A stretch of 64,000 bases of DNA from Ignavibacteria bacterium (GTDB lineage Bacteria; Bacteroidota; Ignavibacteria; Tepidaquicellales; OLB5): NCBI GenBank assembly GCA_041917655.1, contig JAYRXC010000013.1, forward strand, positions 11,886-75,885. Direction: 5' to 3'. Numbering within the stretch: the stretch's first letter is position 1; each line of letters opens with the position of its first letter. Both the position numbers and the translations under genes were made by a program. The notes under the pieces were generated by a model. It was not told the origin of the DNA, made no database searches, and worked only from the letters and a program-made list of their open reading frames with translations. Positions 1 to 8,735 of this stretch are shown one piece after another.

Positions 1-360
1 GTAATTTTTGCAGCAACAGAGAAAATACTCAGCCAGGAAGTATATTATTGTAAAAATAGCTGCATGAATGGAGAACCCAGCGGAGTAACTTCAAAATTTC
101 AATATGATATATATATTGATAATGTGATTTACATATTTGTTAAATTTCCGGGCGCGTACGGCCAGAATAAGATTCACTTCAGGCATAAGAAGATTGGCGA
201 ACCGGGACCGGTTGCATTTGTTGAGATAGACCCCTCTTCAACATGGATATGTTATGAGATGAACATTCCTCAATGGGGTGAGTACGAGATAACAGTTACA
301 GACGCCGATAATAATCTTATTCATAAAGGCAATATTACAATGCTGGAAGCTAAGCAATAA
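1..360 (+). CDS. hypothetical protein, probably a 3' fragment of a longer CDS (frame open to the left window edge; first in-window ATG at 64)
   Basis: Frame 1 has no stop codon from nt 1 to the TAA at 358-360. The ORF track gives 64..360. No motif recognised. Confidence 0.4.
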   Translation, partial: VIFAATEKILSQEVYYCKNSCMNGEPSGVTSKFQYDIYIDNVIYIFVKFPGAYGQNKIHFRHKKIGEPGPVAFVEIDPSSTWICYEMNIPQWGEYEITVTDADNNLIHKGNITMLEAKQ

Positions 361-432
361 TGATTTACCGCAGTAGGATTCTCCCCAATGAATCCAAAAT
401 GTTCTTCTTTTATTGCGGAAATAGTTGAAGTA

Positions 433-463
433 CTTTTACAGCAGTAAAGTACTGCTGTAAAAG
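433..463. terminator. perfect 14-bp stem / 3-nt loop hairpin downstream of the first CDS
   Basis: CTTTTACAGCAGTA (433-446) and TACTGCTGTAAAAG (450-463) are exact reverse complements. There is no strong T-run, so its role as a terminator is uncertain. Confidence 0.3.
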
Positions 464-490
464 GAAACAACTAAATAAAAAAACATTTTT

Positions 491-1327
491 ATGAGTTTGA
501 AGTTAAATACATCCCGTTTGAGACTGTACGCAGTACTTTTTTTATTGAAGATACTGCTGGTTATCGGATTTTCCTCCTGTGGACTAAGAGAAAAGATCAT
601 TCTATTTAACAAAGATGATGAAAGCAGAAAAATGCATACTTTTGATCAAGGATTTCTAACTGATACGGTTAAGTACTTCTACCCTGTTAGCGCAGGCAGT
701 GTTGAAACCGGGTTTACTTCTTGTGATACTTCGATGCTTTCAGTATTTTCTGGTTGTCTGCTCTATGCTTCGGAACCTTTGCTGTACTCGGCGAACTATC
801 CGGATTGTGTTTTTTATAGGCTCATGGTATTCAAATCCGAGGGTCCCGTTAAGATATTTACACTTAGTTTGCGCCATAAAGTATTCTATGCCAGTATAAA
901 AGAAATAACAAGGCCGGCATATCTAAAACCTCAACCGGACGGCCGATATGTACCAAAATTCAGTTACCAGGATTTCCAACCGGATACATCTGTAAGAGAT
1001 ACTTCTGCAAGAATAGAGGAATATGAATCAATTTCATTAATAACCGGAAATGAACTGAGAATGACCGTAAACAAACACAAAATAATTGATGGGGTTGTGT
1101 TGTGGGATAATTTGAATTACGAAATGAGGGAGGCAAATTTTCATAAACTACCGGCATACACGGATAATAACGGTACCCAGCACTATATTCTTGAAACGAA
1201 GTTTGGTGATAAATATTGGCTGGTCGATAGAACAGAACCCGAAGGAAGCTTTAAAAAATGCTGTAAACTCCTGATGAGTATTGAAACATTAATCTCCTTG
1301 GAAGATAAGGTAAGTCTTCATGACTAG
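491..1327 (+). CDS. hypothetical lipoprotein
   Basis: 278-aa ORF. Hydrophobic N-terminus ending in a lipobox-like 'VIGFSSC'. No other motif recognised. Confidence 0.5.
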   Translation: MSLKLNTSRLRLYAVLFLLKILLVIGFSSCGLREKIILFNKDDESRKMHTFDQGFLTDTVKYFYPVSAGSVETGFTSCDTSMLSVFSGCLLYASEPLLYSANYPDCVFYRLMVFKSEGPVKIFTLSLRHKVFYASIKEITRPAYLKPQPDGRYVPKFSYQDFQPDTSVRDTSARIEEYESISLITGNELRMTVNKHKIIDGVVLWDNLNYEMREANFHKLPAYTDNNGTQHYILETKFGDKYWLVDRTEPEGSFKKCCKLLMSIETLISLEDKVSLHD

Positions 1328-1385
1328 TATGATTCTCTAATCAAAATCCTTATGCTCCCGGCTTTTTTTCAAAGCAGTCAAATAA

Positions 1386-2879
1386 TCAACCCGGCAAATC
1401 TGTTCTGTTTCCTATTCTTTTAATAAGTGCATTAAACTTTGATGAAAGCCAATCAGATTCAGGAAGCGATCTTTCTGCCGGTATTTTTCTGAAAAGTTCA
1501 ATAATCGATTTTTGATTGCTTTTACCTTCCCGGAAGCTCCATAAGGCATTATAGTAATTAAAGAAAGCGTGAATAGCTGTCCGTTGTTCATCCTGCAGGT
1601 TTTTATCTGTATTAAGGAATTTGCGGAATGAGTTTACGGATTCTTTTGCTATTTCATAATTGTTCAGCTCAAAATGATTTTTGAGATTAAGAAATTTGAT
1701 CTTGTATTTATAAAGGAAAGTATTGGTTTTGATAAGTGAAGTTTCTCTTAAAGAGTCTCCAAAATTACCTTTTTCAAATTCATGCAATGCATTAAATAGT
1801 GATTTGACGTTTTTGCGGTGAGTTGGCTGAATTATACCGATATTTTCCTTTACAAATTCTTCGGCTTCTTCGGATTTACCTGCTTCAAAGTAATTCGATA
1901 CAATGTTTAGAAACAGATCGCTTCTGAAAAAATTCTCACCGCTAATCTTGTAAAGACCATATTTAATATATATTCCGTAATTGTCAATCAGTTCGTTTTT
2001 TATCACGCTGCTGTTTTCAAACCTTTTCTTTCTGCCGCAGTAATTTATCAGGTAAATTACAGTAGTTCTTTGTGTTCCTTCGTTAAAAGTGTTTAAATGT
2101 TCGCTAATGAACTTTTTGTATTCGTAATAGTATTTAATATTGTTAAAGTTGCTGAACGCTTTATAAGCCATGTAGTAAGCTGTTAAAACATCTTTCCCGT
2201 CAAAATCATGTTTTGAGATGAATTCAAAGAGCTTATTAATATCAAGATTCTTGAGGAATTCATCTGCTAGGTTCTTGCTGCTCTTGATATTGAATCTGCC
2301 ATGATTCGAGTGCATATCCTGAATTGAAAGAAAAAAATCAGAGAGAAAATAGAAAATCAGATATTCTGTTCTTTTGTACACGTTCAATGCTATTTTATGC
2401 TGCATCCCCCTTTCCAGATGAAAAAGCACATTTTTCCATTCAGCAAGATGTTTGTTAAGAAAATAATCATAATGTACTGCGGTTTCATTTATCACATGGT
2501 TGTATTTTTCGAGTGCTGAAAGGAAAAGCTTCTCAAGGCTTCTTGAATCAAGCTCATCGGTCAAAATTTTGTAATATTCACTTTCATTCTTAAGAATATT
2601 GTTTACCACTGTAAATCTTTCGGTCTCCTTATAGAGGTCAGAGAGTAACTTCCTAAGCCTGCTGTAATTGAAAGCCGCTTTTCCATAAACCGAATAATAT
2701 GCGGATTCTTTATTGAACTTTGGATCCGATAAGTCTGGGGTATATTTTTTAATGAATCTGAATAACGGAAGAAGCTTCTTGTTTGAAGTTAGGAAGGGGG
2801 ATAACAGATATTTCTCGAATTCTGAAATTTCTTTTTTGCTGAAGCTTCCGATCATATCTAATGCTTTGGATTGTATCAT
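1386..2879 (-). CDS. hypothetical all-alpha protein (~497 aa), paralog of 36335..37789
   Basis: Long ORF with K/N/F/Y/E-rich helical composition. The N-terminus 'ALDMIGSFSKKEISEFEKYLLSPFLTSNKK' aligns with 'LIDIIKTFTESDIKRFDDFITSPFFNRKP' of the 36335 ORF. Divergent from a T9SS cargo gene. Confidence 0.6.
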   Translation of the reverse strand: MIQSKALDMIGSFSKKEISEFEKYLLSPFLTSNKKLLPLFRFIKKYTPDLSDPKFNKESAYYSVYGKAAFNYSRLRKLLSDLYKETERFTVVNNILKNESEYYKILTDELDSRSLEKLFLSALEKYNHVINETAVHYDYFLNKHLAEWKNVLFHLERGMQHKIALNVYKRTEYLIFYFLSDFFLSIQDMHSNHGRFNIKSSKNLADEFLKNLDINKLFEFISKHDFDGKDVLTAYYMAYKAFSNFNNIKYYYEYKKFISEHLNTFNEGTQRTTVIYLINYCGRKKRFENSSVIKNELIDNYGIYIKYGLYKISGENFFRSDLFLNIVSNYFEAGKSEEAEEFVKENIGIIQPTHRKNVKSLFNALHEFEKGNFGDSLRETSLIKTNTFLYKYKIKFLNLKNHFELNNYEIAKESVNSFRKFLNTDKNLQDEQRTAIHAFFNYYNALWSFREGKSNQKSIIELFRKIPAERSLPESDWLSSKFNALIKRIGNRTDLPG

Positions 2880-3152
2880 TTATCTGAATTTTTCACAATT
2901 TAATTTTTGAAAATTTTAATAGAACCGCAAAAAAACAATCTTTTTTAGATTCCTGTATCGCAATTGTTGAAGCCTTTCAATTCACATCTGCAAATAACTT
3001 CCTTTTGAAAATCCCATCTATAGTCGTAGTTTTGTCAACAAACGAACTAATGGCAGTGCTAATAATATCTATATTACAAAAAAATAATAAGTTTTGTTTC
3101 AGCAAAGCATGAAAAGATGCAAAGATGAAAACAAAACTCGAAAATTCTAGAA

Positions 3153-5414
3153 ATGAAGAAAATGAAAAAAATTATTATTCGGGGTATATGCTTGCTTATC
3201 TTTTTTCTCTTGATCCAGAGTGTAAATTCACAGGTTAACATAAGGCAGCAATTTGAGCCGGGGGATAGTTACGGTGTTGAATCGTTTAATGGTGTGCTCG
3301 GAGGCCTTGGCGGAGCTGGAAACTATGCTGCAGTGCCGCATAATACGATACTTAACACGCAAATCAACGGCTCACTTGAGTGCTGGGTTTATTTATTATC
3401 TTACAATGAACTTACCTCTTACATAGTTCAGAAAGGTAGTTCCTTCATCTTTGGAATCGGACATTCCGGGATCGGACATAAACCCTTTTTGTACATCAAT
3501 GGTACGCTTTTTACAGGAATTGACAGTATTCCGCTGAACCAATGGGTACATGTTGGCGTTGCCTGGTTTCAAAGTACTCCTAATTCATTGGTATATTTCT
3601 TCAAAAATGGTTCACCTGCGGGTGCTCAATCGTCTCCTGCAAGCTGGATAAACAACACGGATTCACTTACAATAGGAGGTAGCCGTCTTTCAGGTTCTTA
3701 TGGTGTAAATGGTTTTGTTGATGAGGTAAGGCTTTGGAGTAATACCAGGTCTGCTTCTGACTTTGCAAGAACAAGATTTATTGGAATTGCCGATTCACCC
3801 AACTCAAACGTTTCTGCCGGCATTACCAGTGCTGAAGATTACAAATATCTACTGGCATCCTGGACATTTAATGCAGCCGGCACGGTCTATGAGTACATTA
3901 ATAACCTCAATGGAAGGTATAGGGGTAATACAACCGTCTACTTCTCAAACATCGCGGGTCAGCCTATACCTTACAATCTTGCCTTGTATCTTCCCGGTAA
4001 CTCTGCAAGCCATGTCAGAGTTTCTTCCAATCCCGCATTTTCTTTATCCGGAGGAGGTACGATCGAATCGTGGGTTTACTGCGACCCGCCTCAAGGGTAC
4101 ACCCTCATATCCAAAGGTGCAACGTTGGCTACCACTACCTTCAGGGTTTATATCCAGGGCAGTGGTCTGCTATCTCTTCAGCTTGGGAACACTTCAACAT
4201 TTTCGGGATATGTTCCGCTTCAGAAATGGACTCACATAGCGGTTTCATGGACTGGTGCTGGAGGAGGCAACTATAGCATCAAGTTTTACATTAATGGAAA
4301 ACTTGCAGGTCAGCAGCTGCTTGCCGCCACAATAGTATTTAATAACGATCCGGTAAGGATTGGGAACTTGCCATGGGATGCTAACAATAACTTTGCCGGT
4401 TATATTGATGAGTTGAGAGTATGGTCAAGAGAAATGACACCTTCCGAGATCATTGCAAACATGTTCAATACCTCTAAATCCGGATCATTGATTGGACCAT
4501 TGGTTGCTTCATGGGATTTTGAAGGGAATCTGAACAATATATCGCCTACAAGCGGTCTTAATGGATCTTTTAACATTGGTACGGTCAACAATTGCAGGTT
4601 CAGCGGATATAGAAATGAAACTACTGCAGGACCCATTTCCGCTTCTTTTGATCCTCATCCAACTGCATTGATCAGATCGTTTTTACAGAATCCATTCCCG
4701 GGCGGATACTCTGTAAAAGCACCGAATAAGACCATTCCGGCTGGCGCTAACACTGTTTATGATACTTTGTACATTCCCGGCAGCGCATCGCTGAATTCAA
4801 TTGAAGTGTTCCTGGCAATTCAGAACTCCAATATTGGAGGTACCGCAGTGAATATTAAGGCTCCAAACGGCTTCGACCGATATCTGACTGCATTCAACGG
4901 GGGCAATGGCAATGATATACTCACATTTATTCTTGATGGAGGAAACTCATTAAATAACTCATTTCCTCCATGGTCACATATTGCAGGGCCAATTGAAACT
5001 ATGGGTAATTTTGGGGGTACAAATGTTCAGGGTAACTGGATATTAAGCGTTCAAAGCCTGGCTGGTCAGCCGGAAGGAAAAATCCTGGGATGGGGATTGA
5101 GGATTAACAATTCTGTTACTTATTCAGAGCCCGTAAGCAGCAACATTCCCTCGACTTTTTCTTTGAAACAAAACTATCCTAATCCTTTCAATCCTTATAC
5201 GGAAATAAAGTTTGATCTCCCAAAGGATGAAATGGTCAAAATATCTGTTTTTGATGTTTTGGGAAGTGAAATTATAGTCTTGGTTAATGAATTCAAAAAG
5301 GCTGGGGAGTATAATGTTAAATTCGATGCCGCCAAATTATCAAGCGGTGTCTATTTTTATTCTATAGCTGCTGGAGAATTTACTGATACAAAAAAAATGG
5401 TTTTGGTTAAATAG
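3153..5414 (+). CDS. T9SS-secreted protein with two LamG/concanavalin-like domains, a proprotein-convertase P-domain-like region and a C-terminal sorting domain
   Basis: Signal peptide. Two 'W(V/T)H(V/I)(G/A)V(A/S)W ... (V/I)DE(V/L)R(L/V)WS' LamG-type signatures. 'GNWILSVQS...GWGLRIN' resembles a P-domain. CTD 'QNYPNPFNPYTEIKFDL...SGVYFY...TKKMVLVK'. Confidence 0.75.
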   Translation: MKKMKKIIIRGICLLIFFLLIQSVNSQVNIRQQFEPGDSYGVESFNGVLGGLGGAGNYAAVPHNTILNTQINGSLECWVYLLSYNELTSYIVQKGSSFIFGIGHSGIGHKPFLYINGTLFTGIDSIPLNQWVHVGVAWFQSTPNSLVYFFKNGSPAGAQSSPASWINNTDSLTIGGSRLSGSYGVNGFVDEVRLWSNTRSASDFARTRFIGIADSPNSNVSAGITSAEDYKYLLASWTFNAAGTVYEYINNLNGRYRGNTTVYFSNIAGQPIPYNLALYLPGNSASHVRVSSNPAFSLSGGGTIESWVYCDPPQGYTLISKGATLATTTFRVYIQGSGLLSLQLGNTSTFSGYVPLQKWTHIAVSWTGAGGGNYSIKFYINGKLAGQQLLAATIVFNNDPVRIGNLPWDANNNFAGYIDELRVWSREMTPSEIIANMFNTSKSGSLIGPLVASWDFEGNLNNISPTSGLNGSFNIGTVNNCRFSGYRNETTAGPISASFDPHPTALIRSFLQNPFPGGYSVKAPNKTIPAGANTVYDTLYIPGSASLNSIEVFLAIQNSNIGGTAVNIKAPNGFDRYLTAFNGGNGNDILTFILDGGNSLNNSFPPWSHIAGPIETMGNFGGTNVQGNWILSVQSLAGQPEGKILGWGLRINNSVTYSEPVSSNIPSTFSLKQNYPNPFNPYTEIKFDLPKDEMVKISVFDVLGSEIIVLVNEFKKAGEYNVKFDAAKLSSGVYFYSIAAGEFTDTKKMVLVK

Positions 5415-5430
5415 CTGCGGTTGTATACCT

Positions 5431-5502
5431 TCATCCGGGAAATTTGTTCTCCCTTCTTCCGGATGAGATGGTTAATGCGGCAGTTTAAACAAACTGCCGC
5501 AT
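5431..5502 (+). terminator. two consecutive hairpins after the LamG cargo gene
   Basis: TCATCCGG(5431-5438)/CCGGATGA(5459-5466). Perfect 12-bp stem ATGCGGCAGTTT(5475-5486)/AAACTGCCGCAT(5491-5502). Weak T-tract. Confidence 0.45.
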
Positions 5503-5773
5503 GATTTAGGTAATTAGTATTCAGATGTAAATGTGTACTGATAGTATTATGCTTTCCAAAAATATTACCATTATGGAAACATTATGTGATCCTTGGTTTA
5601 GATGTTTGTTCCATTGTTCATTCTTCATGTTGTTCACGAAAAAAACAGGTGATTCAAGCCTGTTTTTTTCATTTTCAGCCAATTCTCTGGTATTTTTTCA
5701 TAAGTTTATAATCGTTATTTTAGTGTTTCCCGCAAATAAAAATCTAATTTTTTAATAATAGAAGGTATAGTTC

Positions 5774-6964
5774 ATGAGCGTTTTAGTAAATAAAAATACA
5801 AGGTTAATGGTTCAGGGCATAACCGGCTCTGAGGGTTCTTTCCACACCAGGCAGATGATGGAATACGGTACTAACGTCGTTGCAGGCGTAACACCCGGCA
5901 AAGGCGGCACGATGTTTGACGATAAAGTGCCCGTATTTAATACATGTAAAGAAGCTGTTGTGAACGCAGGCGCAAACACCGCGGTGATTTTTGTGCCGCC
6001 GGCTTTCGCGCTTGACGCGATCCTTGAGGCTGCTGATTCAGGCGTGAATGTGATTGTAACCATCACCGAAGGTATCCCAACCGCTGATATGATAACCGCA
6101 AGGAATTATATCGATGATATTAACCGCTCAGGCAGAAGCGTCAGAATGATCGGTCCAAACTGCCCGGGTATTATTACACCGGGTGAGTGCAAGATCGGTA
6201 TCATGCCGGGATTCATTCATTTACCGGGACGCGTTGGCCTGATATCACGAAGCGGAACCCTCACTTACGAAGCAGTTGCACAGCTTACTGCTTTGGGCCT
6301 GGGGCAATCAACATGTATTGGTATTGGCGGCGACCCTATCATAGGCACAAATTTCATTGACGCAATGATGCTGTTCAACGAAGACCCTGATACTGATGCC
6401 GTTATTATGATTGGCGAAATTGGCGGTAATGCCGAAGAAACATGCGCTGAATATGTGAAGAACTTTATGACCAAGCCGGTAGTTGGATTCATAGCAGGCA
6501 GAACAGCTCCCCCGGGAAGAAGGATGGGGCATGCAGGCGCTATCATAGCAGGCGGAAAGGGCACCGCTGAAGATAAGATCAAAGCAATGCGCGATGCAGG
6601 AATCTATGTGGCAGAATCACCTGCAGAAATGGGCTCAGCAGTACAGAAGGCGCTTGAAGATCTGAAAGCGAAAAAAGCTTCTGCCAAAACCTCTGGCAGC
6701 ACCGCAAACGTAAAACCTGCTTCTGCAAGTAAACCGAAGGCTTCATCAAAGAAGAAGGCTGCTAAAAAAAGCGCTCCTAAGAAGAAAACAGCAGGTAAAA
6801 AATCAGCAGGCAAGAAGCCGGCTAAAAAGCTTCTGAAAAAAGTTAAGAATACCGTTAGCAAGCTCCGTAAATCTGCTTCGGCAAAGCCTAAGGCTAAATC
6901 AAAAACCAAAGCTAAGGTGAAAACCAAAGCTAAGACGAAGAAATCAGCAGGCAGGAAGAAGTAA
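5774..6964 (+). CDS. sucD: succinyl-CoA synthetase alpha subunit with a ~99-aa Lys/Ala/Pro/Ser-rich C-terminal extension
   Basis: '[43 protein letters not shown]', 'MGHAGAII' (phosphohistidine loop) and 'IGPNCPGII' are classic SucD signatures. Residues from ~298 on are 'KAKKASAK...[18 protein letters not shown]...[14 protein letters not shown]', in frame. Confidence 0.9.
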   Translation: MSVLVNKNTRLMVQGITGSEGSFHTRQMMEYGTNVVAGVTPGKGGTMFDDKVPVFNTCKEAVVNAGANTAVIFVPPAFALDAILEAADSGVNVIVTITEGIPTADMITARNYIDDINRSGRSVRMIGPNCPGIITPGECKIGIMPGFIHLPGRVGLISRSGTLTYEAVAQLTALGLGQSTCIGIGGDPIIGTNFIDAMMLFNEDPDTDAVIMIGEIGGNAEETCAEYVKNFMTKPVVGFIAGRTAPPGRRMGHAGAIIAGGKGTAEDKIKAMRDAGIYVAESPAEMGSAVQKALEDLKAKKASAKTSGSTANVKPASASKPKASSKKKAAKKSAPKKKTAGKKSAGKKPAKKLLKKVKNTVSKLRKSASAKPKAKSKTKAKVKTKAKTKKSAGRKK

Positions 6965-6973
6965 ACGGCCGGC

Positions 6974-7342
6974 ATGAACTATACAATTATCAGGATCACG
7001 AATGCCAGGTTCTACGCTCATCACGGTGTGCTTGATGAAGAGCGTATGAGCGGCGGGCTGTTTGAGATCGATGCTGAAATGACATGTGATGTTACAGAGG
7101 CTGAAGCCGAAGATAATCTGAAAAAAACGCTCGATTATGAAAAAGCGTACAATTTCATTAAGGAAGTTGTATCAGGCAGCAAGTTCTACCTAATCGAAGC
7201 GCTTGCTTACAGGATAGCTGTTAAGATCATAGAAAATTTTTCCATGGTTCAAAAAGTTGTGATAAAAGTGCGTAAGCCCAATCCGCCCCTTGGCGGATTA
7301 ACAGATTATGTTGAAGTTGAACACTCCGAGTACAGGCATTAA
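6974..7342 (+). CDS. folB: dihydroneopterin aldolase
   Basis: 122 aa. 'FYAHHGVLDEERMSGGLFEIDAEM...LDYEKAY...YLIEALAYRIA...IKVRKPNPP' matches the FolB pattern. Adjacent to folK. Confidence 0.85.
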   Translation: MNYTIIRITNARFYAHHGVLDEERMSGGLFEIDAEMTCDVTEAEAEDNLKKTLDYEKAYNFIKEVVSGSKFYLIEALAYRIAVKIIENFSMVQKVVIKVRKPNPPLGGLTDYVEVEHSEYRH

Positions 7343-7364
7343 CGCCTGGGTGATCTTTTCTTAA

Positions 7365-7862
7365 ATGACCGAGAAAATTGTACTAGGCTTTGGATCAAAT
7401 AGGGGCAGCAGGTTGAATAATCTGCGAAAAGCCGTAAAACACATCGCCCTTTGTAAAGATTTTGACATGCTCGCCCTTTCTTCAGTATATGAAACCGAAC
7501 CGTGGGGATATGAAAACCAGGGTAATTTCCTGAATTGCGCAGCCGTATTTTTATGCAGGCTAACTCCCGCGGAATTGCTGAAATTCCTGAAACAGACCGA
7601 GTCGAGGCTTGGAAGGATAAACAGGGGTAAATGGCAAGCCAGAGAAATTGATGTTGATGTATTGTACTATGCAAACTATATTATAGAGAAAAAGGGGCTC
7701 ACCATTCCGCATCCGCAGATAAATAAAAGGAATTTTGTGCTTGCACCGCTTGTTGAGCTAATACCGGGTTTTATTGACCCGGTTTATGGAAAAACTATTA
7801 AACGGCTGGCAGAAATATCAACAGATAAATGCAGGGCCGATAAATACTACGAAGCAATTTGA
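7365..7862 (+). CDS. folK: 2-amino-4-hydroxy-6-hydroxymethyldihydropteridine pyrophosphokinase
   Basis: 'LGFGSNRG...SSVYETEPWGY..QGNFLNCA...GPREIDVDVL-like REIDVDVLYY...LTIPHPQI..R.FVL.PL' are HPPK signatures. Confidence 0.85.
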   Translation: MTEKIVLGFGSNRGSRLNNLRKAVKHIALCKDFDMLALSSVYETEPWGYENQGNFLNCAAVFLCRLTPAELLKFLKQTESRLGRINRGKWQAREIDVDVLYYANYIIEKKGLTIPHPQINKRNFVLAPLVELIPGFIDPVYGKTIKRLAEISTDKCRADKYYEAI

Positions 7863-8527
7863 ACAATTCTCAGAACAACAGTTTAAGCTATATAGCAGTC
7901 GAAGGCGTGATAGGGGCGGGCAAAACCTCTGTTGCCACTATGCTTGCCGAAAGGCTTAATGCCAAGCTGGTGCTCGAGAGCTTTGAAGATAACCCGTTCC
8001 TTGAAAAATTTTACCAGAAGCCTGAAGATTACGCTTTCCGCACACAGATGTTCTTCCTGCTTGAGCGTTTTACCCAGCTTAGAGAGCTTAACCAGAAAGA
8101 GCTGTTCAACAATTATATAGTAGCCGATTATATCTTCGAAAAGGATAAGATATTCGCCTACCTTAACCTGAGCGACGATGAGCTTAAAATATATGAGCAT
8201 ATTGCCCAGGGCCTCGATAAAGGTATTGTTGTTCCGGACCTTGTAATTTACCTGCAGTCATCGGTTGAACGGCTTATGTCTAATATCAGGAAAAGGCAAA
8301 GGGATATCGAAAAGGAGATCAGCGAAGATTATATCAGCGGACTCAACGAAGCTTATAATTATTTTTTCTCAAGGTATAAGTCTTCAAAAATAATGATCGT
8401 TAACTGCGAAGAAGTTGACTTCGTTAACAATCCCGCTGACTTCGATGACCTTGTAAACGAGATCTTCGGATCGGAAATTTCTGCTGTTAAATACTATAAC
8501 CCTTCACTTAGAAAAACAGCCCAGTAA
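7859..8527 (+). CDS. deoxynucleoside kinase family protein
   Basis: P-loop 'IAVEGVIGAGKTS' followed by 'NPFLEKFY...FQ.FFLLERF...DY.FEKD.IFA', typical of dAK/dGK-type kinases. The TTG start overlaps the folK TGA. Confidence 0.8.
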   Translation: MNNSQNNSLSYIAVEGVIGAGKTSVATMLAERLNAKLVLESFEDNPFLEKFYQKPEDYAFRTQMFFLLERFTQLRELNQKELFNNYIVADYIFEKDKIFAYLNLSDDELKIYEHIAQGLDKGIVVPDLVIYLQSSVERLMSNIRKRQRDIEKEISEDYISGLNEAYNYFFSRYKSSKIMIVNCEEVDFVNNPADFDDLVNEIFGSEISAVKYYNPSLRKTAQ

Positions 8528-8528
8528 C

Positions 8529-8708
8529 ATGAAATATGTTATAATCGCAATATTGCTGTACCTTGCATATCTTTTTATCAAGAGATTTCTCTTTAACGCT
8601 TCCCGAAAAAGCCAACAGCCGCCGAAAACGGGCAATGACCGCCGCACGCGAAAGATCGATGTTAACAGCATACAGGATGCGGAATTCAGGGAAGTTAAGG
8701 AAGAGTAA
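8529..8708 (+). CDS. small membrane protein (59 aa), absent from the ORF track because it is under 60 aa
   Basis: The ATG at 8529 lies 1 nt after the upstream stop. Sequence 'MKYVIIAILLYLAYLFIKRFLF' (one TM helix), then a basic linker and an acidic end 'IQDAEFREVKEE'. This resembles what I recall of Bacteroidota DUF4834 proteins. Confidence 0.4.
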   Translation: MKYVIIAILLYLAYLFIKRFLFNASRKSQQPPKTGNDRRTRKIDVNSIQDAEFREVKEE

Positions 8709-8735
8709 GGAAATTTAAACAGGGCAAAGCGTCTA

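Noticed and set aside
5531-5755. 74-aa ORF between the LamG cargo gene and sucD
   Set aside because: It spans a terminator-like A7-CAGG...CCTG-T7 hairpin (5639-5669). It has an odd Phe/Cys-rich composition and no RBS. It is more likely spacer or promoter DNA.
5774-6964. Treating the Lys/Ala-rich region as a separate histone-like gene downstream of sucD
   Set aside because: There is no stop codon between the SucD core and the tail, and no internal start with an RBS. In this assembly it is a single ORF. It is still flagged as a finding because an assembly error cannot be excluded.
6604-6975. 123-aa antisense ORF opposite the SucD tail
   Set aside because: It is the mirror image of a Lys/Ala-rich low-complexity coding region (Phe/Leu/Ala-rich nonsense). 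The sense frame is continuous with a strongly supported sucD.
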